A stretch of 64,000 nt of DNA from Pseudomonadota bacterium (lineage in GTDB: Bacteria > Bdellovibrionota > Bdellovibrionia > Bdellovibrionales > Bdellovibrionaceae), in contig JBEGVH010000017.1 in assembly GCA_041178425.1 (NCBI GenBank), forward strand, positions 1 to 64,000, read 5' to 3'. Numbering within the stretch: position 1 is the stretch's first letter; the number at the start of each line of letters is the position of its first letter. Position numbers and translations under genes: made by a program. Positions 9,702 to 19,009 of the stretch are shown here, piece after piece. The notes under the pieces were generated by a model that ran no database searches, was not told where the DNA came from, and worked only from the letters and a program-made list of their open reading frames with translations.

Positions 9702-10765
9702 CGAGTCACTCTCGTAGCAGGTGCGACAGGCTTACTGTTGGCCTCCGTAGTCTTAGCTTTTGCAGGAATCGGGTTGGCTGGAATAACTTTTGGAGTGGTT
9801 GCTTCCGAATCGGGAGTTCTTGAGGTTTCAGCCTCAGTATTGGTGTTCGAGTTTGTGTTGATGGCCGAAGCGGCGCTGGCTGCCGCCGGGACAACTTCAG
9901 CCGTTGGAATTTGGGCCTCTTGAGGAGGAAGTGTCTCTTCGAGGTCGACCTGGTTGGCATTTCTCACAATGAAAAGTTCTTCCACTTTGTTCGGATTAAC
10001 GACGGGCTTAAGTTCGACATCAAGCGTAACAGTGTAGGGTTTTTTATTTACCAATTCGACAGTGGCAATAGGAAGTCCTTTTGGAAATATTCTATCGAGG
10101 CCACTAGTGACGATAAGGTCGCCCGTTAGGACGTCTGCCGATTTGTTTACATACTTTAAGAGGCAAGCATCAGTGGATTTGCCTTCGACGAGTCCGCGTG
10201 CACGGCTTCGCTGCACGATGCCATCGACGACAGCATAACGATCCGTGATGAGCATGACCCTTGAAGTATTAGGGTCGACTCGAAAAACGTAGCCAACAGC
10301 GCCTTCAATAGTCATGACAGCCTGCATAGGTTTAACGCCATCTCTTCCGCCCCGGTCAATCATGATGGTGGCGTGGTCGGAGGAAAGATCCCTGCCAATG
10401 ACTTTTGCTCCCAGAAGATCCATTTTAGTCTTTTGTTTGAAGGCAAAAAGTTGGTTGAGACGTTGATTTTCTAACTTTAACTCTGTCATGGCTGCCAATT
10501 GTGCCTTCAATTCGGCGTTCTGGGTTTTTAAAGACAGATTATCTCTTTTGATATCAATTAGATTAAGATAAAGAGAGGCTGTGCCTCTAACCTCATCTGA
10601 AAACCAATTGTAAAAACCTTGCGATTTGCTAGCAACGAGGGCGAGTGGTTCACCATACCATTCAGAAGGGCGAGGCATCTGCTGAGTATTAATGGTAATC
10701 AGAGGCAAGCTGAGAATGGGTATGAGGAGTAGAATTTTTCTTATGTCCAGATTAATGAAATTCAA
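9698..10765 (-). CDS. mreC: Rod shape-determining protein MreC with an Ala/Pro/Thr-rich C-terminal tail
   Basis: Coiled coil (ENQRLNQL), AKVIGRD, IDRGGRDGV and GDLIVTSGLDRIFPKGLP. Confidence 0.92.
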   Translation of the reverse strand: MNFINLDIRKILLLIPILSLPLITINTQQMPRPSEWYGEPLALVASKSQGFYNWFSDEVRGTASLYLNLIDIKRDNLSLKTQNAELKAQLAAMTELKLENQRLNQLFAFKQKTKMDLLGAKVIGRDLSSDHATIMIDRGGRDGVKPMQAVMTIEGAVGYVFRVDPNTSRVMLITDRYAVVDGIVQRSRARGLVEGKSTDACLLKYVNKSADVLTGDLIVTSGLDRIFPKGLPIATVELVNKKPYTVTLDVELKPVVNPNKVEELFIVRNANQVDLEETLPPQEAQIPTAEVVPAAASAASAINTNSNTNTEAETSRTPDSEATTPKVIPANPIPAKAKTTEANSKPVAPATRVTR

Positions 10766-11015
10766 TTTATATCTCCGGGATTAAGGCTACTTAAAGTAAG
10801 ACTTGCACGCCTCGGAGAGGTTGGCAAGAAACTCTCGCACAGAATCTGAGGTTAACATTTGGCCACGTCACCCAAAGGGATTTGCCACTCCGAGGAATTT
10901 TAAAGTGGCCATCGATTTGTTCTTGAAAAAAAAAGATTTCCTCGGTCCAATGAACTGATTTTTAACCCCGAGGGGGCCATGGCCCCCAATGTAGAAGCAA
11001 CAAGAAGGAACAGAA

Positions 11016-12521
11016 ATGTCAATTCAGGATCAAGTTAAAAAGAGTTTAGATCAGCATTCCATCAATGCTCGTAGTGTAACTGCTTTTGTGCTGTTCGGCG
11101 CGATCATTCTGGTGTTTGCCCTTTTCGGTTTTCCGGGAAGTCGACCTAATCTGGGGCAGGGCATTGTGGCTGAAGTCAATGGAGAAATAATTTCTGGGGC
11201 TGACTTGAAAGAAGAAGTCACCCAACTTGAGCGATTCTATAATCAAATGTTCGGAGGTAACTTTGGAATGCAAGGCCAGCGGCAGCTCCTTGAAAATCAA
11301 GCGATTGAAAATCTAATCAATCGCGAGATTCTCGCTCAGGAAGCCACCAAGGCCGGGGTTCTTGTTTCGGATAAAGAGATCAGGGATTTTATCACTGATA
11401 TTCCGGCTTTTCAGGAGCAAAGTCGTTTCGACAAGGTTCGCTATTTTCAGTATCTCGAAGCAACCCGCATGACGGCTCAGGAGTTCGAAAGTAAAATCCG
11501 TAAAGAAGCTCAACGAATGCGTGTGAAACGAATTTTTGACGCAGTCGACTTTAACTTAGATCTGCTCGGAAAAAAAGAAGCGGAAATGGGTGCCCTTAAG
11601 TTTAATGTTCAATTTGCTAAAATGGATCGCGAAGAGTTAATGAAGACTGTTGTAATTTCCGAGGCGCAGGTTCAAGAGTACCTTAAAAACGCCGACAACA
11701 TGAAGAAAATCGAAGTCGAATATGAAACCCACAAAGGAGACACATACACCAATCCGGAACAAGTGAGAGCGCAACATATTCTGATCAAAGTAAAAGAGGG
11801 TGATGCTGAGGCCGACAAGGCAGCACTCACAAAAGTGATGGATTTAAAAACACGAGCTACGGCAGTTGATTTTTCAAAATTAGCTATGGGTAATAGTGAA
11901 GATGAAGGTTCAAAACTCAAAGGTGGAGATCTCGGCTACTTCGGTCGTGGACAGATGGTGCCAGCCTTTGAAAGTGCCGCCTTTGGCGCCAATGTCGGCG
12001 ATTTAGTGGGACCTGTAAAAACAAATTTTGGTTATCACCTGATAAAAATTCTCGATAAAAAAGCGGGAAAAACCCTCTCCATCGATGAAGTGAAAGCTGA
12101 TATTGCGCGCAAGTTGATTGCGGAGACTCAATTAGATGAGAAATTCCAAAAATTAGAGGAGTCTCTCGCCAAGAGCGATGCCGCTGCAATTGAAGCTCAG
12201 TTGAAAGCTTGGAATGTGAAGTGGGATGAAACTGGCGACTTTGATATTCAAACAAGTGCGATTCCAAAGTTGGCCGGGGGAGAAGCGATCAAAGACGCTG
12301 TTTGGAGTCTTGGGCAAAGCGGTCAATGGTTGAATCATTTGGTACGTGAGGGTTCCACCCGTTACGTTCTAAAAATGAAGGAAGTTAAAAATTCAGAAGC
12401 AAATAAAGCCGAAGCTGCCAAGATGGCACGAATGGGTGGCACTGGCTTGTTTGAAGGATGGCTCGAGGGGGTAAGAGAGACTAACCGAGTCAACCGCAAT
12501 GCTCCGGTCCTTCAAGAGTAG
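11016..12521 (+). CDS. ppiD: PpiD/SurA-like periplasmic folding chaperone with a parvulin PPIase domain
   Basis: N-terminal TM helix, VAEVNGEII SurA-N domain, VRAQHILIK, SEDEGSKLKGGDLGYF and GPVKTNFGYHLIK. Confidence 0.85.
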   Translation: MSIQDQVKKSLDQHSINARSVTAFVLFGAIILVFALFGFPGSRPNLGQGIVAEVNGEIISGADLKEEVTQLERFYNQMFGGNFGMQGQRQLLENQAIENLINREILAQEATKAGVLVSDKEIRDFITDIPAFQEQSRFDKVRYFQYLEATRMTAQEFESKIRKEAQRMRVKRIFDAVDFNLDLLGKKEAEMGALKFNVQFAKMDREELMKTVVISEAQVQEYLKNADNMKKIEVEYETHKGDTYTNPEQVRAQHILIKVKEGDAEADKAALTKVMDLKTRATAVDFSKLAMGNSEDEGSKLKGGDLGYFGRGQMVPAFESAAFGANVGDLVGPVKTNFGYHLIKILDKKAGKTLSIDEVKADIARKLIAETQLDEKFQKLEESLAKSDAAAIEAQLKAWNVKWDETGDFDIQTSAIPKLAGGEAIKDAVWSLGQSGQWLNHLVREGSTRYVLKMKEVKNSEANKAEAAKMARMGGTGLFEGWLEGVRETNRVNRNAPVLQE

Positions 12522-12546
12522 TCGTTTAGAATTCTTTGGCAAAGAC

Positions 12547-12580
12547 AAAGGACTCTCAATCGTGAGGGTCCTTTTTTTTT
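12547..12580 (+). terminator. Intrinsic terminator between convergent ppiD and response-regulator genes
   Basis: AAAGGACTCTCA-ATCG-TGAGGGTCCTTT stem-loop running into a T9 tract. Confidence 0.75.
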
Positions 12581-13313
12581 ATGAGGCCTTTGTGGCCTTT
12601 TGTTTTGCTTCAAAGCTAAATTGAATCAGTTTTCCCGTTGGAAGATTGTTGTTATCAGTAAGCAATTGAAGCTTAAATTTAAGATCCATAAGGCCGCTAT
12701 TCTTAGTGAGAAATTGACCCTGATACTCTTCAACGGATTGATTCGTGATTTGATTATAGTTTGGAATTAATTCGGAAATTGATTTTTTTAGAAGCTCGGA
12801 GTCTTTCCATCCAAGAACTTGTTGTACTGGGGGGTTAATGAACTCTATTTGCCCTTTTTCGTTAATGACAACGGCGCCCGTTTCTAAGTTGCTTAAAACC
12901 GATGACAGCAGGCGATTTTGAGCCTTAATCAGTTTGTCCATTCGTGCCTTTTGAAGTCCAAAATCGATAGTGATGAGAAGCTCTTTTTCATCACAGGGTT
13001 TAAGAATGTAACCGAAGGAGCCAATGCTGCGAGCGCGATCGAGTGTGGCTTTGTCAGAGTAGGCCGATATAAAAATAATTGGAATTTCATAAACGTGACT
13101 GATGATTTGAGCGGTCGTGATTCCGTCGACGGGGCCTTGAATAATCACATCCATTAAAATCAAATCTGGATTTAGCTCCTCGGTGTATTTGAGAGCGTCC
13201 TTACTGTTAGCTGCGGTATAAGGAACATCGTAGCCGGCCTCTATGAGGATGTTTTGCAAGTCCTTGGCAATAATGCTTTCGTCTTCAACGACCAGTATTT
13301 TAGTTTGTTCCAT
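12579..13313 (-). CDS. Response regulator: receiver plus PAS domain, no output domain
   Basis: KILVVEDE, PDLILMDV, PIIFISAYSD, GYILKP, then a PAS-like region (AVVINEKGQIEFINP). Start placed at MEQTK. Confidence 0.85.
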   Translation of the reverse strand: MEQTKILVVEDESIIAKDLQNILIEAGYDVPYTAANSKDALKYTEELNPDLILMDVIIQGPVDGITTAQIISHVYEIPIIFISAYSDKATLDRARSIGSFGYILKPCDEKELLITIDFGLQKARMDKLIKAQNRLLSSVLSNLETGAVVINEKGQIEFINPPVQQVLGWKDSELLKKSISELIPNYNQITNQSVEEYQGQFLTKNSGLMDLKFKLQLLTDNNNLPTGKLIQFSFEAKQKATKAS

Positions 13314-13439
13314 CTTTGTATTATAAAGAGAGCATTTTTTTGTCACAAGGCTAGAACGCTAGGATCCTTTTGGCGCCTAAGCAGACGGCTCTTGGACTTT
13401 CGACTTGTCTCTGAGGGGCGGATCTGAATATAAGGGGGA

Positions 13440-14438
13440 ATGCAGAAAAATGCCCACCTCAAAAACATCCTTGTTGGTCTTGCAAAGGCCGTTTTGGCCC
13501 TTGGTATCCTTTTTTGGCTATACCAGAAGGGTGTTTTGAATTTTGAAATATTAGGTCGTTTATTTGATCCTCCATTGATTCTCGGGTCTATGGGAGTTTT
13601 AACCCTGAGTTTCTTTTTTGCCACTTGGCGATGGCAGTTGCTGCTAAGAGTTCAGAAAATCCACCTTGGACGTGGCGAGTGCTTCAAGCTTAACCTCATC
13701 GGTTTATTCTTTAATTATGTGATGCCTGGGGGCGTTGGTGGCGATGTGGTGAAGGGGTACTACATCATTAAGGATCACCCACAAAATCGAATGGGGGCAG
13801 GCATGAGTGTGCTTCTGGATCGAGTGATGGGTCTTTATGCCATGCTTATTTTGGCGATTATTTCAATGTTAGTGAGCCAAGAGAAAGTCAGTGGGAGCGC
13901 TCAGCTGAGCTTGATTGCCCGCAGCTTAGAAATTATTTTTGTGCTCTTTACACTGGGTTTGATTCTTGCTTTTTCTGAGCGTTTTCGTTCTTTGGGTTGG
14001 CAAAACTGGTTCAAGGGTTTTGGCTTTGGTCGCAAACTGATTTCTGCCTATGAAGCTGTTTATTCCTATTCTCATAATTTGGGGGTCATTTTCGGTACGG
14101 TCATTCTGAGTCTTTTTGCTCAAGTTTTGGCGATTGTGCTTATTTGGTGGGTAGGATCCCGTTTGGGCTTTGGTGAAGTGCCGGCCGTCATTTACTTCTC
14201 GGTTGTGCCATTAGGGTTTATGGTCACAGCTGTTCCTATTTCTCCTGCGGGTGTTGGTGTTGGGCAAATGGCTTTTTTCTTTCTATTTAATCTCTTTCTC
14301 GGAACTGAGTCACAGGTTGGACCTACCGTCATTACAGCTTTTCAGCTTCTCAATTTTATTTTGGGTTTATCGGGTGTTTGGTTTTTTATTCAGCGAAAGA
14401 GCTCATTGAGAGAAGTTGAGGGCGTTGTTGGATCGTGA
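13440..14438 (+). CDS. Lysylphosphatidylglycerol synthase TM-domain (UPF0104) flippase-like membrane protein
   Basis: RWQLLL, GLFFNYVMPGGVGGDVVK, LDRVMG and VPISPAGVGV motifs. Confidence 0.85.
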   Translation: MQKNAHLKNILVGLAKAVLALGILFWLYQKGVLNFEILGRLFDPPLILGSMGVLTLSFFFATWRWQLLLRVQKIHLGRGECFKLNLIGLFFNYVMPGGVGGDVVKGYYIIKDHPQNRMGAGMSVLLDRVMGLYAMLILAIISMLVSQEKVSGSAQLSLIARSLEIIFVLFTLGLILAFSERFRSLGWQNWFKGFGFGRKLISAYEAVYSYSHNLGVIFGTVILSLFAQVLAIVLIWWVGSRLGFGEVPAVIYFSVVPLGFMVTAVPISPAGVGVGQMAFFFLFNLFLGTESQVGPTVITAFQLLNFILGLSGVWFFIQRKSSLREVEGVVGS

Positions 14439-15054
14439 TCGTATCATTGTTCTCAGAACAATCGCCTATCGGGATTCTGACTTGATTATTCATGGGCTCA
14501 ATCCTCAAGGGGCCAAGGTGAGTTACCTGGCTCCAGGTGCTAAAAGAAGTCGGCGTCGTTTTGGTGGCGGAGTTTTAGAGCCGACGAACTATATAGAAGT
14601 TGTTTATCAGCCAAATTCTAAGGTCAGTGGGAGCCTTCGGCGCCTTCAGGAGGCACAGGTGTTAAAGGACTTTCCAGGTCTTCGGCGCACGTACGAAGTC
14701 ATACAGACTAGTCTCTCGTTTTTATCCTTGATTGATCAGGTGGGCCAAGAAGGAGACATTCATGGTGAAGAGCTCTTTAATCTCCTGGGGCATGCATTAC
14801 AGTTTCTCTCTCAAAACGAAGTAAAATCACTGTCACTTTTTCGATTGCATTTTTTGCTTAAATTTCTCAATCAACAGGGAGTTCTCAACCTCGAAGATTG
14901 GATGCCCCCATTTTTGCAGGCTCCACTTAGGGATCACCAGCGACTGCAAAAACACTTTGATTCGTCGAGTGAGACTTGGATTCTTGATCAACTCATCAAT
15001 GTCGAAAATCTTGTTCAAGCTTATCGTACATCTGGAGATGGCCTTACTTCTTAG
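14416..15054 (+). CDS. recO: DNA repair protein RecO
   Basis: IVLRTIAYRDSDLII...GKV...APGAKRSRRRFGGGVLEP N-terminal OB fold. Confidence 0.85.
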   Translation: MRALLDRDRIIVLRTIAYRDSDLIIHGLNPQGAKVSYLAPGAKRSRRRFGGGVLEPTNYIEVVYQPNSKVSGSLRRLQEAQVLKDFPGLRRTYEVIQTSLSFLSLIDQVGQEGDIHGEELFNLLGHALQFLSQNEVKSLSLFRLHFLLKFLNQQGVLNLEDWMPPFLQAPLRDHQRLQKHFDSSSETWILDQLINVENLVQAYRTSGDGLTS

Positions 15055-15485
15055 ATGAGATAAATGCCATCATCTTTGATTTCAATGAGGCGTTTTTTGT
15101 AGAGTCCACCAATGGCCATTTTGAATTTTTTCTTGCTGACACCAAAAACTCTGTAAATCTCCTCAGGATCAGTGCCATTATGGATAGGCAAAAAGCCCTT
15201 AGCTTTTTCTAATTCTTTTAAAATCACCACTCCGATATCTTTGGCGTCGTGGTGTCCTGTTCGATAGAGCGTTACGTCGAGCTTTCCATCGGGACGGACA
15301 GTTTTAATGAAGCCAATGACTTCTTGGTCTTTTTCGAGTTCTTGAAAAACTTCGTTATAGTAGAGCACGCCCCAGTATTTTCCATCGATAATTGTTTTAT
15401 AACCCAAGTCGGTCATGGTCTTGATAATCAAATTAACTTGCTGTCCAACTTTATATTCGCCCTCTGGGGCTGAGTCTTTAATCAT
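15051..15485 (-). CDS. Short CvfB-like protein (one S1 domain plus winged helix)
   Basis: TDLGYK, GVLYYNEVF, GFIKTVRPDGKLDV and FGVSKKKFKMAIGGLYK match the C-terminal half of CvfB/YitL. Confidence 0.8.
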   Translation of the reverse strand: MIKDSAPEGEYKVGQQVNLIIKTMTDLGYKTIIDGKYWGVLYYNEVFQELEKDQEVIGFIKTVRPDGKLDVTLYRTGHHDAKDIGVVILKELEKAKGFLPIHNGTDPEEIYRVFGVSKKKFKMAIGGLYKKRLIEIKDDGIYLI

Positions 15486-15494
15486 TTTATCTTC

Positions 15495-16160
15495 CTATTT
15501 GGTATTCGTCATCTCGCCATCAACCAAGGTAATCTGGCGGGCTGCCAATTGAGCAAAGCTCGGATCGTGGGTGACAAACACGATCGTGGTGCCATCGTTT
15601 TTATTGATTGATTGGAAAATGTCCATCACGATTTTACCATTTTGACTATCAAGATTGCCCGTCGGTTCGTCAGCAAACAAATATCGGGGTTTCATGATGA
15701 GAGAACGAGCAATCGCAACTCTCTGTTGCTCACCCCCAGAAAGATGGCGAGGAAGGCGATGAAGTTGCTGAGTGATGCCGAAAGCCTCCAACAGGTTGAT
15801 GGCTTTTTTTTCGAATTCCTTTTCACGTTTGAATTTTCGTGCAGGCATTAATACATTTTCAAGGGCTGTTAATTCTGGAAGCAAATAATGAAATTGAAAA
15901 ACAAACCCCATGTTTTCGTTTCGGAATCTATGAAGTTCTTCTTTTGATAGTTTTTGTATATCTCGATCATCAATCAGAATTTCACCTTCCGAAGCCCGAT
16001 CAAGTGAGCTGATGACATAAAGGAGCGTGCTCTTGCCTGAGCCCGAACGCCCGGTGAGGGCAACAAATTCACCATCTTTGATTTTTAGATTAATTCCCTT
16101 CAAAATGTGATTGGGAGGGTTTCCGAGCGTTTGATGAACGTTGTTTAGAACTATCGACAT
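15495..16160 (-). CDS. ABC transporter ATP-binding protein (LolD/MacB type)
   Basis: [36 protein letters not shown] and VTHD. Confidence 0.92.
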   Translation of the reverse strand: MSIVLNNVHQTLGNPPNHILKGINLKIKDGEFVALTGRSGSGKSTLLYVISSLDRASEGEILIDDRDIQKLSKEELHRFRNENMGFVFQFHYLLPELTALENVLMPARKFKREKEFEKKAINLLEAFGITQQLHRLPRHLSGGEQQRVAIARSLIMKPRYLFADEPTGNLDSQNGKIVMDIFQSINKNDGTTIVFVTHDPSFAQLAARQITLVDGEMTNTK

Positions 16161-17410
16161 CAGGAAGCCTCGCTACGAATGATTTCTATGGGTTCCAGTT
16201 TACCGGCTGCACGGGCAGGCAGAAGGCTAGCAACAATGGCCGCAGCAAATCCCAACACAAAAGCCTTCACATAGATGATAGGGTCAAAGGAAACGAGCAT
16301 TTTTCCGTTTCCAAGCATTCTTTGGCTGGAAACTTGAATTTGTGACATCATTTGGCAAAAGATAAAACCAAATCCCAGGCCCACCGTGCTTCCGGTTGAA
16401 CCCAAAATCAATCCTTGAATGAGAAAGAGGTTAATGATGTCTTTGGGCTCATAGCCCATCGAGCGTAGAATTGCGATTTCGCGACGTTTTTGATTCACCG
16501 CCATTGTCAGTATATTATAAATTCCAAACCCAGCAACAATGAGGATTGAAATGGTCATGGCATTTCTAACAATATCTTGAGTTTTGAAAACCGAAAGAGT
16601 GCCTTCGTTGATTTGATCCCAACTTTTTATTTTATCATGACTAAAAGCACTCCAGGTCTCGGCTTTTTTTTGTGCCTTGGTAACGTCCTTTATTCGCACA
16701 GCGATATCAGAAATTTGACTAGGCGATTTATTAACTGTTTGGACATCGGTGAGGTGAGCAAAGAGCGTGGTTTCGTCGAGGGTTTTGACTCCCAGTGAAA
16801 ACGAGCCCACAATGCGAAAGGGAACAGCCTCACCCCGCGCAGAGGCCAGGGTGATGGTATCGCCGACGCGAGCTCCAAGAAGATTTAAAACCCCTTCACC
16901 CACGATGATCTTATTGCCGGCGGTGGCAATATCGTTAAATCGCCCCTCACGCATGTATTTTTGAATATTGGTAACTAAAACCTGTTTAGCCGGCTCCGAG
17001 CCAATGAGTCGCCCTGTTAGTGATGCGCCACCCTTACGAACCAAAACCTGAGCCACAAGCTGGGGGGAGTAGGCGAGAACATCGGAATCTTTCTTTAGGC
17101 GATCGAGCCAAACTTGGGGTTGTTGAACCTTGGCACTTTCTCTTAGTCCGCCGGGTGGGCTCAACCAAAAAACATGAGCAATAGAAGGGAAAATATTTTT
17201 TTCGACCTTCTCTTTGGTAATAAAATCTTCTCGCGCAGAGATGCGAATATGAGCATCGTTATTGACCAGTTGCTCGAGAATGAAGGTCTGGAATCCCAGC
17301 ATCATTCCTGAGATAGTAATATAGGCCGCGGTCCCGAGGGTGATTCCCATGAGTGTGAGCATGGTTTGCTTGATCTTGCTCGTCAGGTGTCGCCAGGCCA
17401 GAAAAAACAT
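16160..17410 (-). CDS. ABC transporter permease (LolC/E, MacB/FtsX family)
   Basis: TM1, large periplasmic domain and three C-terminal TMs; KRREIAILRSMG and PARAAGKLEPIEIIR. Confidence 0.9.
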   Translation of the reverse strand: MFFLAWRHLTSKIKQTMLTLMGITLGTAAYITISGMMLGFQTFILEQLVNNDAHIRISAREDFITKEKVEKNIFPSIAHVFWLSPPGGLRESAKVQQPQVWLDRLKKDSDVLAYSPQLVAQVLVRKGGASLTGRLIGSEPAKQVLVTNIQKYMREGRFNDIATAGNKIIVGEGVLNLLGARVGDTITLASARGEAVPFRIVGSFSLGVKTLDETTLFAHLTDVQTVNKSPSQISDIAVRIKDVTKAQKKAETWSAFSHDKIKSWDQINEGTLSVFKTQDIVRNAMTISILIVAGFGIYNILTMAVNQKRREIAILRSMGYEPKDIINLFLIQGLILGSTGSTVGLGFGFIFCQMMSQIQVSSQRMLGNGKMLVSFDPIIYVKAFVLGFAAAIVASLLPARAAGKLEPIEIIRSEAS

Positions 17411-17412
17411 TT

Positions 17413-18186
17413 TTATTCACCAATCAATTCTATGACGTCATTCTCGGAGAGGGTGGGGGAGAGAATCTCTCCAAAATCGGCATCAACGATTCCCATTTTT
17501 ACAGGAGTGACCTCAAAAGAGCCCTCTTTTTTTAGCTGAATAGTTCCTTGGTTAATGGCTTTTATAGGAACCAAAATAGCTTTTTCTTTTTCGCCGACGA
17601 CGATAGCGACATCGGCAGTCATGCCCGGGAGAATCTCTGTGGGCATTTCAGGGGCCTCAATGTGCGCGATCAGCTGACCCTGTCGAGGGAAAATGGCGCG
17701 AACAGAGCCCTCGATAGATTGGCTCTCGAGGCTTTCAAAGCTCAAGAGAGCTTTTTGTTTGGGGCGCACGCGAAGGGCGCCCTCTTGGTCAAGCGAAACA
17801 CTAATGTAACGGCTCTTGAGGTCCATCATAGTAAGGATCGGAGCTTGAGGAAATACCGTTTCGCCGGCGTAAAAATTGATTTGGGTTACGGAACCTTCAA
17901 AGGGTGCAAATTGAGATTGAAGACCTTCTTCATCAAACTGGATGAGGCGTTGACCTTTTTGCACCATCTCACCCTCTTTTACGAAAAGCTTTTTTACCAT
18001 CGTGGTCACACCTAACTTCAGGGTGTAAACATTGTCGGATTGTACGGTGCCCAATCCATAGATAGATTCAACGATTGGCCCCACTTTAGGGTGAATTTCT
18101 TGAACGCTTTTCTTTTTTCGAGTCAGAAAAAAAGTGGCACCAGCAAGAGCGAAAATTAAAGGAATAACAACGATGAGCTTTTTCAT
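17413..18186 (-). CDS. Periplasmic adaptor (MacA/HlyD-like membrane fusion protein, short hairpin)
   Basis: N-terminal TM, lipoyl-like VKEGEMVQKGQ and APFEGSV, PGMTADV; first gene of the ABC operon. Confidence 0.8.
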   Translation of the reverse strand: MKKLIVVIPLIFALAGATFFLTRKKKSVQEIHPKVGPIVESIYGLGTVQSDNVYTLKLGVTTMVKKLFVKEGEMVQKGQRLIQFDEEGLQSQFAPFEGSVTQINFYAGETVFPQAPILTMMDLKSRYISVSLDQEGALRVRPKQKALLSFESLESQSIEGSVRAIFPRQGQLIAHIEAPEMPTEILPGMTADVAIVVGEKEKAILVPIKAINQGTIQLKKEGSFEVTPVKMGIVDADFGEILSPTLSENDVIELIGE

Positions 18187-18305
18187 GGTCTCAGTTTACC
18201 ATATAAACTAATTTGAGTTAATTAAATGTACGGCGGGTCGTGCTAAGTTATAAACATGGCGGTAACCAGTTGCCCACAATCGTAAGTCTAACATAACATC
18301 GACTA

Positions 18306-19007
18306 ATGAATAATAAAACTTTTGGATCCTTAGATTTTTTGAGGGGAATAAAAATTCCGTTGGTGATTATGACGATGGTACTTGGTGGGTGTACAACCTC
18401 GGCAAAGGCGGTGAAATCGAAAATAAGTTTGTCGGAAGACTTTCTTGAAATAAAACCCGAACATGGAGTTTTGATTGATTTGCGCTATGGCACCACCAAT
18501 AATTTTGTGGGAGAAAATATGTATGGCGACTTTCAGCAGGCTTATCTCCATCGACTGGCAGCAGAAAAGCTGTTTTTAGCCATCAAATTTCTCAAAGAAG
18601 AGCACCCTCATTACAAGCTGATTATTTTTGATGCCCTGAGGCCTCGCTCTGTACAGTATCTCCTCTGGAACAAGGTCAAGGGAACCGCCGAAGAAATTTA
18701 TGTTGCCAATCCTAAGTCGGGGTCTGTGCATAATTACGGTTTTGCTGTCGACCTCTCTGTAGTGAACGAAAAGAACACTGAACTGGATATGGGGACTCCT
18801 TATGATAATTTCACGGAACTTGCGCACCCTGAATTTGAGGAGAAGTTTTTGAAAGAAGGAAAACTGACACAGACGCAGATCAATAATCGCTTAATTCTGA
18901 GAAAAGTAATGGTTCGAGCGGGCTTTGCACCTCTCACTCATGAATGGTGGCATTTTGATGCCTTGCCAAAGTCAGAACTAAAACAAAGGTACAAAATTGT
19001 AGAGTAG
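18306..19007 (+). CDS. ddpX: D-Ala-D-Ala dipeptidase (M15D, VanX/DdpX family), probable lipoprotein
   Basis: LRYGTTNNFVG, DALRP, SVHNYGFAVDL, DMGTPYD and EWWHF; lipobox-like LGGC. Confidence 0.85.
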   Translation: MNNKTFGSLDFLRGIKIPLVIMTMVLGGCTTSAKAVKSKISLSEDFLEIKPEHGVLIDLRYGTTNNFVGENMYGDFQQAYLHRLAAEKLFLAIKFLKEEHPHYKLIIFDALRPRSVQYLLWNKVKGTAEEIYVANPKSGSVHNYGFAVDLSVVNEKNTELDMGTPYDNFTELAHPEFEEKFLKEGKLTQTQINNRLILRKVMVRAGFAPLTHEWWHFDALPKSELKQRYKIVE

Positions 19008-19009
19008 AC

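Noticed and set aside
18306..19007. Vancomycin-resistance cluster (vanX)
   Set aside because: No vanH, vanA or vanRS nearby; it is a stand-alone DdpX-type dipeptidase.
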